Below are positions 1 through 10,169 of a DNA stretch of 64,000 bases, in pieces; position 1 is the first letter of the stretch; the number at the start of each line of letters is the position of its first letter. The notes beneath the pieces were generated by a model. It made no database searches, had not been told where the DNA came from, and worked only from the letters and a program-made list of their open reading frames with translations. The translations under genes were made by a program, and so were the position numbers. This DNA is from Phyllobates terribilis (lineage: Eukaryota): positions 359,290,001 to 359,354,000 of the forward strand of contig NW_027362769.1 of the NCBI RefSeq assembly GCF_046119375.1, given 5' to 3'.

Positions 1-405
1 TACCAGGATGGGAAGGAGGGGACCATGCATACCAGGATTGGGGATAAGGGGGCCATGTATATCAGAATTGGGGAGGAGGGGGCCATGCCTACTAGGATTG
101 GGGAAGAGGGGGCCATGCATACCAGGATTGGGAGGAGGGGGCCATGCATACCAGGATTGGGAGGAGGGGGCCATGCATACCAGGATGGGGGTGATGGGGC
201 CATGCATACCATGAATGGGGATAAGTGTGCCATGCATACCAGGATGGGGATAAGTGGGCCAAGCATACCAGGATTGGGAGGAGGGGGCCATGCATACCAG
301 GATTGGGGAGGAGGGGGCCATGTATACCAGGATGGGGATGGGGGGGCATGCATACCAGGAATGGGGATTAGTGGGCCATCCATACCAGGAATGGGGATGA
401 GGGCC
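1..405. repeat. G-rich minisatellite, about 29-30 bp unit (ggccatgcataccaggattgggaggaggg), runs off the window start
   Basis: About 13 diverged tandem copies are directly visible; the ORFs here are repeat translations. Confidence 0.9.
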
Positions 406-510
406 GTCTGCTGAATGCCCCTCATTACCAGCTCCCCTTTGACAACTCCTCCTACCAGGGGAGAAAGAAATCCGTAAATGGGCGTGTATTGGTGTGTGGC
501 CAAAATTTGC

Positions 511-848
511 CTGCTCTTTATACTTTAAATGCTGCTCTATATACTGTACACACTGCTCTATATACTGTAAACGCTGCTCTATATACTGTACACACTGCAC
601 TATACTGCTCTATATACTGTACATACTGCTCTATATACTGTCTGTAAACACTGAACTATATACTGTACACACTGCTCTATATACTGTACACACAGAACTA
701 TATACTGTACAGACTTCTCTATATACTGTACATACTGCTCTATATACTGTATACACTGCTCTATATACTGTACACACTGCTCTATATACTGTACAGACTG
801 TTCTATATACTGTACACACTGAACTATATACTGTACACGTTGCTCTAT
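511..848 (-). repeat. Short 21-bp satellite tract, inverted relative to the long arrays
   Basis: Tandem ctgctctatatactgtacaca is the reverse complement of the unit at 10170-52250. Confidence 0.95.
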
Positions 849-1062
849 TATCTGGGACATCTATAAGGCTGCTGATCTGGGCTGTACACATGTTGTGTTA
901 GGGATGAGTCGCATTGTGAAGCTGGCGCCTTATCAGAGCTCTTCACTCCATTAACTGCCGCAGCGTCACAGCTTCACACAGGGTCAGACACGATATTACA
1001 CAGGTGATTGCAATCAGCCCCCTATGTGGATACGTGTTCACCCCCCAATACTCTGCACATTC

Positions 1063-1185
1063 GGGGTGTACTTATATTACAGGTCAGGGAGGTGGCAGTC
1101 AGCGGAGGCCATCGCCTGTGTTACCCTTCTGGGCTCTCAGCAGCTCCAGGTCGTCCCCACATCGTACAATCCGCTTCCTGTACGA
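1063..1185 (-). other. 123-bp conserved element E123, copy 1 (inverted)
   Basis: Reverse complement matches 9944-10066 with 4 mismatches in 123 nt, and also 62885-63007. Confidence 0.9.
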
Positions 1186-1444
1186 TGGATATTGTAGTAA
1201 AGATCCCTGTGATGGTGACAAGAGCCGGGAATAGGAGGAACGAGCTCCCGCAGCAGTTTTATCTCCCCGGATACACAGTGATGCGCAGATCGGGAGGACG
1301 GCGGCGATGATCCCGGGACCTCCTCTCGGCTCTTTCCCGGCATCTCTGCTGGTGACGGCTACAAACGGTCAGTGGAGATGATGGAGAAGAGGAAGCGACG
1401 GAGAAAGCGCGCTCTGCTGTCCGGTGTTAGACGGTAAAGGGCTT

Positions 1445-1600
1445 TTATCCCGGGCAGGGAAGCACAAGGGGAGAGCGGAGCTTCACTCGGGCTCAGCAGG
1501 GAGGAGGCGGGGCCTGTGCTCAGTGTCAGCCAATAGATGCTCAGGACGGTGCAGATCAGCAGCCAATCAGTGCGCAGTAAGCCTGTACATATAACAGGCG
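1445..1600 (+). promoter_or_regulatory. H1 promoter
   Basis: H1-box-like AAGCACA 1460-1466, GC box GAGGCGGGGC 1504-1513, CCAAT at 1530 and 1563 (33 bp apart), CATATAA 1588-1594. Confidence 0.8.
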
Positions 1601-1665
1601 CCTCCAGCTCCGGCCTCAGTGTTTTCCTATCAGGAGATATTTGTGTTCTAGTTCCGCAGCACACG

Positions 1666-2322
1666 ATGGCCGAGACCGCACCAGCCGCCGCTCCCCCTCC
1701 CGCAGAACCGGCCGCCAAATCCAAGAAACAGCCGAAGAAATCCGCCGCCGGGGGCGCCAAGAAAAGCAAGAAACCCTCCGGTCCCAGCGTCGCCGATCTG
1801 ATCGTGAAAGCCGTGTCCGCCTCTAAGGAGCGCAGTGGGGTGTCTCTGGCCGCCCTGAAGAAGGCTCTGTCTGCCGGAGGATACGATGTAGAGAAGAACA
1901 ACAGCCGCCTGAAGCTGGCCGTCAAGGCTCTGGTCACCAAGGGCGCCCTCCTCCAGGTGCAGGGCAGCGGCGCCTCCGGGTCCTTCAAGCTAAACAAGAA
2001 GCAGCAGGAGACTAAGGACAAAGCGGCCAAGAAGAAGTCAGCAGCTGCGGCCAAGCCCAAGAAACCCGCTGCAGCCAAGAAAGCCGCCAAGTCTCCGAAG
2101 AAGCCCAAGAAGGCTCCCACCGCGGCCAAGAAGAGCCCGAAAAAGGCCAAGAAGCCCGCAGCAGCTGCCAAGAAGGCGGCCAAGAGCCCCAAGAAGCCAA
2201 AGGCCGCTCCGAAGCCCAAGAAGGTGACGAAGAGTCCGGCTAAGAAAGCTGCTAAACCCAAAGCTGCCAAGAGTCCTGCTAAGAAGGCAGCTAAAGCCAA
2301 GAAGCCCGCAGCTAAGAAATAA
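1666..2322 (+). CDS. H1: Somatic replication-dependent linker histone H1, 218 aa; true start MAETAP at 1666, not the ORF-track start at 1537
   Basis: Globular domain ([13 protein letters not shown]...[15 protein letters not shown]...GASGSFKL), K/A/P-rich tail with SPKK motifs, intronless, followed by a stem-loop. Confidence 0.98.
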   Translation: MAETAPAAAPPPAEPAAKSKKQPKKSAAGGAKKSKKPSGPSVADLIVKAVSASKERSGVSLAALKKALSAGGYDVEKNNSRLKLAVKALVTKGALLQVQGSGASGSFKLNKKQQETKDKAAKKKSAAAAKPKKPAAAKKAAKSPKKPKKAPTAAKKSPKKAKKPAAAAKKAAKSPKKPKAAPKPKKVTKSPAKKAAKPKAAKSPAKKAAKAKKPAAKK

Positions 2323-2352
2323 TCCAAAGCTGCCATGTTATTACCCCACAAA

Positions 2353-2394
2353 GGCTCTTTTTAGAGCCACCACCTTGTCCCCTTCAGAGCTGTA
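2353..2394 (+). terminator. H1 3' stem-loop and histone downstream element (HDE)
   Basis: GGCTCT-TTTT-AGAGCC 2353-2368, then ACCA, then CAGAGCTGTA 2385-2394. Confidence 0.95.
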
Positions 2395-3850
2395 TGATCA
2401 GTGCCACCACCTTGTCCCCGGCAGAGCTGTATGATCAGTGCCACCACCTTGTCCCCGGCAGCGCTGTATGATCAGTGCCACCACCTTGTCCCCGGCAGAG
2501 CTGTATGATCAGAGCCTCCACCTTGTCCCCGGCAGAGCTGTATGATCAGAGCCACCACCTTGTCCCCTCCCTGCAGAGCTGTATGATAAGTGCCACCACC
2601 TTGTCCCCGGCAGAGCTGTATAATCAGTGCCACCACCTTGTCCCCGGCAGCGCTGTATGATCAGTGCCACCACCTTGTCCCCGGCAGCGCTGTATGATCA
2701 GTGCCACCACCTTGTCCCCGGCAGAGCTGTATGATCAGTGCCACCACCTTGTCCCCGGCAGAGCTGTATGATCAGTGCCACCACCTTGTCCCCGGCAGAG
2801 CTGTATGATCAGTGCCACCACCTTGTCCCCGGCAGAGCTGTATGATCAGTGCCACCACCTTGTCCCCGGCAGAGCTGTATGATTAGTTCCACCACCTTGT
2901 CCCCGCCAGAGCTGTATTTTCAGTGCCACCACCTTGTCCCCGCCAGAGCTGTATGATCAGTGCCACCACCTTGTCCCCGGCAGAGCTGTATGATTAGTGC
3001 CACCACCTTGTCCCCGCCAGAGCTGCATGATTAGTGCCACCACCTTGTCCCCGGCAGAGCTGTATTTTCAGTGCCACCACCTTGTCCCCGGCAGAGCTGT
3101 ATGATCAGAGCCACCACCTTGTCCCCTCCCTGCAGAGCTGTATAATCAGTGCCATCATCTTGTCCCCGGCAGAGCTGTATGATCAGAGCCACCACCTTGT
3201 CCCCTGCAGAGCTGTATAATCAGTGCCATCATCTTGTCCCCGGCAGAGCTGTATGATCAGTGCCACCACCTTGTCCCCTGCAGAGCTGTATAATCAGTGC
3301 CATCATCTTGTCCCCGGCAGAGCTGTATGATCAGAGCCACCACCTTGTCCCCTGCAGAGCTGTATGATCAGTGCCACCACCTTGTCCCCGGCAGAGCTGT
3401 ATAAGTGCCACCACCTTGTCCTCTGCAGAGCTGTATAATCAGTGCCACCACCTTGTCCCCGGCAGAGCTGTATAAGTGCCACCACCTTGTCCCCGGCAGA
3501 GCTGTATGATCAGTGCCACCACCTTGTCCCCGGCAGAGCTGTATGATCAGTGCCACCACCTTGTCCCCGGCAGAGCTGTATGATCTGTGCTACCACCTTG
3601 TCCCCGGCAGAGCTGTATGATCAGTGCCACCACCTTGTCCCCTGCAGAGCTTTATGATCAGTGCCACCACCTTGTCCCCGGCAGAGCTGTATGATCAGTG
3701 CCACCACCTTGTCCCCGGCAGAGCTGTATGATCAGTGCCACCACCTTGTCCCCGGCAGAGCTGTATGATCAGAGCCACCACCTTGTCCCCGGCAGAGCTG
3801 TATGATCAGTGCCATCATCTTGTCCCCGGCAGATCTGTATGATCAGTGCC
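2365..3850 (+). repeat. 37-bp tandem array, about 40 copies, built from the H1 cleavage site plus HDE
   Basis: Unit gtgccaccaccttgtccccggcagagctgtatgatca starts inside the 3' arm of the stem-loop. Confidence 0.95.
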
Positions 3851-4299
3851 CGTATATCCTGCCGCTTCTAGATTATAGTGTGTACAGGGAGCGGCTCCAG
3901 TGTTATAATGAATAAGCTTTTCCCCACATCTCCGCATAGAGCTGCGCTGTGTCCCGATCACACCAGTGCAGGTGACCGATCAGTGTAATCAATGGAGGGA
4001 AGGGGCCGATGTCCTACAGAAATCTAATTCTTACATCATCCTAATCAATCACCACTTGTAACCTGCGTCTTTATTAGTGAAAGGATTAGTGTGCGGTTAT
4101 TACTTCGATGTGAGAATTGGAGAACCAGTGATTTGACTGATGATAGAGTAGACCCTGTACAGCTCCGTGTACTGGTGACATAGAAGAACAGTGACGACGG
4201 CGGCTCTTGCTGTAGAAGCCGCATGTAGACATGGTGTGACCCTGTGCCAGTATCCGCAGCCAGAAAAGAGTGTGAACAGAGACCCTGCCCCTCTTTTTG

Positions 4300-4918
<619 letters not shown>

Positions 4919-4947
4919 ATCCGTCCTACACGTCTGACTATAACAAA

Positions 4948-4990
4948 GGCTCTTTTCAGAGCCACCAAATCCTCCATAATAACGAGCTGA
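4948..4990 (+). terminator. H3 3' stem-loop and HDE
   Basis: GGCTCT-TTTC-AGAGCC 4948-4963; GAGCTG 4984-4989. Confidence 0.95.
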
Positions 4991-5599
4991 TCCCTCACAT
5001 CTGCTTCATATTCTGCTGAGTATTCACTTGTGCTCAGTAACATCAGGGGCGCTCAGTTCTCTTCTCAGTCCGCTATTGGTATCTGGGGGGATTATAACCC
5101 TCCAATGCAGTTATAAGGGTGTGTAGAAATGATTGATGACTACACGAAGTACATTCTACTCATTCAACCACTTAATATTCGTATCCCCACTAGTTTTCGC
5201 ACCGATCCTGCCGCACATCCAATAATATCAGCTTTATATAATGTATTAGGAGTCTGGACTGTGTTGTGAAGGAATCTAGGAAACATGCGCAGATTTCTTG
5301 GTGTATATGATGCGATCATTATAGGACGTCCATTATCCAGCGCTATCTCCTGTGAACACTCGCTGACTCCTATCAGCCGCACGGGTCTGATCCTGGAAAC
5401 GCATCAGGATTAAGAGACTAATATCCTCTGCAGCTCTGTAGTAGGTTTATCTAGATAATATTAACCTACATTTTATAAAATCCCCGCCTCCTTCTTTCAA
5501 AGTTCTCTGTAAACTGCAGTATCTCGTTTCTTTATATTCCCGGCACTCGGAATATTGCTGGTGTGATGGAGTCACCATTGTTAGAATCAGTTCTGCACT

Positions 5600-5945
5600 T
5601 TGTGTTATAGAAAGCGGATACTGTTCCCTCGATCCTGGAAATGATAGAAATTCCTGTATGGAACCAAGAGACCATTGATCGCTCAACACAAGCAAATTTC
5701 CTGATATCCGACAGTCCTGAAACCACGTGATCCAGAAGGACAAAGAACAGAAAAAGCCATCAGCCCCTGAGCGGGGACTTCCTATTCGGTAACTATTAAC
5801 ATTAGCTCCTCCCCTTCCTCTGCTGATTGGCTGAACACAGGACGTTAGGGAGTTTGAATTTCCCGCTCCTTGTAGTTTCCGCAGCTTCTACATGTAATTG
5901 TGTTACTACTTCTGCTGTGAAGAGAAGTGTCCGGTCTATAGATAA
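5600..5945 (-). other. H3-H4 spacer element A, a diverged paralog of 61372-61690
   Basis: Reverse complement aligns by eye with 61372-61690 (e.g. tttatctat...ccggacacttct.ttcacagc.gaag and ggctgatgg.tttt.ctgttctttgtc). Confidence 0.8.
5799..5885 (-). promoter_or_regulatory. Leftward copy of the E2F/CHR/CCAAT module, with no gene downstream
   Basis: TTTGAA 5853-5858, TTTCCCGC 5859-5866, ATTGG 5826-5830; inverted repeat of 6797-6884. Confidence 0.7.
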
Positions 5946-6796
5946 ACTCCACTGAGCACATTCATGTAATCACCTTCCAGATCACAGTGTATTCTCCATT
6001 GGATATGGGACCACTGGAATGAGAATCAATCAGCTGCTCAGTGATTATGTTATTTATACGGTTCCTTTTTTATTTGCCCAATCTGAGCTGTTGTCTTTAT
6101 CTTCTACAGGAAGATAACAAATGTTCTCTAAGTGCAAATCCTCAAATGAAGAAACAAGTGATATCTGAGTTTTATGATCTCTGTCAATTACAATACAAGT
6201 GTTATTAGGAGAAAGTAAATATGGTCATTTCTGATGAGCGGAAAATCCCAGTGGTGGCAAAATATTAAGTATCTGAGCAGTGCTGCTGACCGCGGCTTCC
6301 TCCCTGCACTGTCCTTAGAAGAGGCAATAATCCTGGCTGCCACAATCCTCCTCTGATCGTGTCCAGGCATGGTCACATGCTGCTGCTCCTGGCAAATCAC
6401 CGCACCCCAAGAGCAATTCCATCAGAAGTGACAAGCCCGTTTTGGAAACGTCACAGAGCTCAGTCAGGATCCTATAGATTAGTCACCGGGAGCAGCCAGA
6501 ATGTCACATGTATTAATACATGTAGATTGTACAGAATGAAGCCATGGCAAGGGATGATGAGGGGAGTAGTAAGATGCGGAAATGACCATGGAGATGTGAA
6601 TAGCATGTTAGGAATATGCTGGTATGATGGAAGTGGGGGTTAATCACTGTCAGTGCCGCTATCTGTATATTCAGCAGTGATCTGATGCTTCTACTCAGCT
6701 TCATCTCACTTGCAGGAGGTTGGTGTCGTGTCTGCCCTTTTATTTATAGACTGTATCTGACACATTTCTCATCACAGGGAAAAATATATATTAGAC

Positions 6797-7318
<522 letters not shown>

Positions 7319-7350
7319 TTGTATTCTCTGCTCCATCCTGACAACCCAAA

Positions 7351-7366
7351 GGCTCTTTTCAGAGCC
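7351..7366 (+). terminator. H4 3' stem-loop
   Basis: GGCTCT-TTTC-AGAGCC followed by ACCA. Confidence 0.95.
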
Positions 7367-7632
7367 ACCACATCTTCTGAGAGGCTACAATCTCCTGTTG
7401 CTGTGCCGGGAGCTGATCTCTACTGTGCACTGGTGATCTCTGTATTCTGGCTGGTAGATCGCTCAGGTGTCCGGTTCTCATCAGTGTAAGTTTTGTGCTT
7501 CCCATATTGGGGAGAACGGCGGACAGTGATTCTATCACTAGTGAGATAACACCGATCCGCGGTTACTACAGAACATTGGATCCAGGTCCTGCAGTGAGAA
7601 GAATGTGACTCTACTACATATTTCCACATCAG

Positions 7633-9155
7633 ATTATTATAGCGCCATTTATTCCATGGCACTTTACATGTGAAGAAGGGGTATACATACAAGAGCAATT
7701 ACAATAATCTTGAACACAATGTGACGGCGACTGGTACAGGAGGAGCGAGGACCCTGCCTGCGATGGCTCAGTCTACAAGTGATGGGTGAGGGTAGAGCTG
7801 GTCGTACAGCATTATTTGTGGAGTGGTGGTTACTGCAGGTTGTAGGCTTGTCGGAAGAGGTGGGTCTTCAGGCTCTTTTTGAAGGTTTCCACGGTCGACG
7901 AGAGTCTGATGTGTTGGGGTAGAAAGTTCCAGAGTAGGGGAGACGCACGGGAGAAATCTTGTATGTGATTGTGGGAAGGGGCGATAAGAGGGGAGTAGAG
8001 AAGGAGATCTTGTGAGGATCGGAGGTTGCGTGCGGGTATGTTGCGGGAGAGTAGGCAAGATATATGTGGAGGAGACAGGTTGTGAATGGCTTTGTATGTC
8101 ATGGTTAGGGTTTTTAACTGGAGTCTCTGGGCAATGGGGAGCCAGTGAAGAGATTGACAGAGAGGAGAGGCTGGGGGAAAAGTGGATTAGTCGGGCAGCA
8201 GAGTTTAGGATGGATTGGAGGGGTGCGAGAGTGTTAGAATGGAGGCCACAGAGCAGGAGGTTGCAGTAGTCAAGGCGGGAGATGAGAGCGTGCACTAGTG
8301 TTTTTGCAGATTCATGGTTGAGGAATGTGCGGATCCGGGAGATATTTTTGAGTTGGAGTCGGCAGGAAGTGGAAAGGACTTGGATATGTGGTTTGAAGGA
8401 GAGTTCAGAGTCCAGGGTTACCCCAAGGCAGCGAGCTTGATGGACTGGGGAGAGTGGGCAGCTATTGACGTTGATAGGTCAGTTGGGGGGGGTTGAATGA
8501 GATGGCGGAAAGATGATGAATTCTGTTTTGTCCATGTTAAGTTTTAGAAATCTAGCAGAGAAGAAGGATGAAATAGCAGACAGACATTGTGGGATTTTGG
8601 TTAGTAAGGAGGTGATATCAGGTCCAAAGAGGCAGATCTGTGTGTCGTCAGCATAGAGGTGATAATGAAAGCCATGAGACTCTATGAGCTGTCCCAGGCC
8701 TAAGGTGTAGATGGAGATGAGCAGGGGTCCTAGAACTGAACCTTGGGGGACACCGACAGATAGGGGGTGAGATGAGGAGGTGGTCTGTGAGTGAGAGACA
8801 CTGAATGTCCTGTCTGTTAGATATGAGGAGATCCAGGATAGGGCCCAGTTTGTGATGCCAAGAGATGAGTTTTTTGTAAGAGGGAATAGTCCACTGTGTC
8901 GAAGGCAGATGACAGGTCTAAGAGGAGGAGGACAGAATAGTGTCGCTTATATTTGGCGGTTAGTAGGTCGTTGGTAACTTTGGTCAGTGCAGTTTCAGTA
9001 GAATGGTGCGGTGGGAAACCAGATTGTAGGTGGTCGAAGAGGGAGCAGGAGGAGAGGTGGGAGGACAGCTCAGAATGGACGTGTTGTTCCAGTAGTTTTG
9101 AGGCATAGGGGAGAAGTGATATGGGGCGATAGCTAGACAGAGAGGATGGGTGTGA
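7633..9155 (-). mobile_element. 5'-truncated, degenerate L2-type (CR1 superfamily) LINE
   Basis: Minus-strand RT motifs [12 protein letters not shown]...YADDTQ, C-terminal ISRLDYCN...LQSILNSAARL, and a 3' tail ggaataaatggcgctataataat ending near 7633; frameshifted. Confidence 0.9.
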
Positions 9156-9160
9156 TTGAG

Positions 9161-9498
9161 GCAGCGATTATTCCTCGTTTACATCACATACAGGAGTCTG
9201 TAGAGTTTCGGGATTAGGGGAGCAGATCTTTTTCTTCAGTACATTGCATCACAATCACTATTGTGGAGGACTATATACTGATCGGGGATTTATCCTACAA
9301 GAGACATTTCTAGAAAGATCAATTCTACTTTCCCATGCAGATCTCATTATGTCTCCCCGATCATCTCCTCAGCAGTTTTCCAGTAATCCATTTACAGATC
9401 AATTCTACAGCTAAAGGCAGGAGGTTTGTGACAGGACACGTACGATTGTGGATTGCAGATTGCTGAGAGTTCATTGCTCAGAACATTACACTCTGCTG
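9161..9498 (+). other. Block B copy 1, truncated by the L2; near-identical to 61603-61937
   Basis: Direct repeat from gcagcgattattcctcgtttacatc to ctctgctgtcagg. Confidence 0.9.
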
Positions 9499-9762
9499 TC
9501 AGGCATGCAGTATAGGTCAGGCATGCAGTATAGGTCAGGCATGCAGTATAGGTCAGGCATGCAGTATAGGTCAGGCATGCAGTATAGGTCAGGCATGCAG
9601 TATAGGTCGGGCATGCAGTATAGGTCAGGCATGCAGTATAGGTCAGGCATGCAGTATAGGTCAGGCATGCAGTATAGGTCGGGCATGCAGTATAGGTCAG
9701 GCATGCAGTATAGGTCAGGCATGCAGTATAGGTCAGGCATGCAGTATAGGTCAGGCATGCAG
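9499..9762 (+). repeat. 18-bp minisatellite tcaggcatgcagtatagg, about 14.7 copies
   Basis: Tandem copies directly visible, with a tcggg variant. Confidence 0.97.
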
Positions 9763-9860
9763 TTAGATCCTCAGTCATCACATCCTCCTCAGGAGATTCT
9801 TTCCTGCTCAGGTACTGATCGCTCTTCTGCTCTTTCTCTTGTCCTCTCCCTCTTTATCCA

Positions 9861-9937
9861 CTGACACTGAACATGGACCCCGTCTCCTCCCAACAGAGAG
9901 AAGCTCCGCACTCCAGTTGTGCTTCCCTGCCGGATAA
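9861..9937 (-). pseudogene. Decayed inverted H1 promoter relic with no H1 CDS
   Basis: Minus strand ttatccggcagggaagcacaactggagtgcggagctt...gggaggagacgggg...cagtgtcag aligns to 1445-1529; CCAAT boxes are lost. Confidence 0.8.
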
Positions 9938-9943
9938 TGTCTG

Positions 9944-10066
9944 TCGTACAGAAAGCGGATTGTACGATGTGGAGACGATCTGGAGCTGCTGAGACCCCAG
10001 AAGGGTAACACAGGCGATGGCCTCCGCTGACTGCCACCTCCCTGACCTGTAATATAAGTACACCCC
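9944..10066 (+). other. 123-bp conserved element E123, copy 2
   Basis: 119/123 identical to the reverse complement of 1063-1185; 121/123 identical to 62885-63007. Confidence 0.9.
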
Positions 10067-10169
10067 ACTATTGTGCAAAAGGTGAACTGCTGAGAGAAGA
10101 CACAAAATGCAGCGTCTACACACAGAGCACAGCTGTATATAGTGCACAGACTGCACAACAATTATATAC

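Noticed and set aside
1161-1186. 8-bp hairpin ATCGTACA/TGTACGAT in E123 as a conserved RNA structure
   Set aside because: Both substitutions in copy 3 break pairing without compensation.
1359-2351. 330-aa antisense ORF across H1
   Set aside because: It is a by-product of Lys/Ala codon usage in the H1 tail, with no independent signals.
2365-3850. CRISPR-like appearance of the 37-bp and 39-bp arrays
   Set aside because: There are no unique spacers and no cas genes, and the context is eukaryotic.
9499-9762. p53 half-site array in the 18-bp repeat (AGGCATGCAG)
   Set aside because: Two of ten positions violate RRRCWWGYYY, and the half-sites are 8 bp apart.
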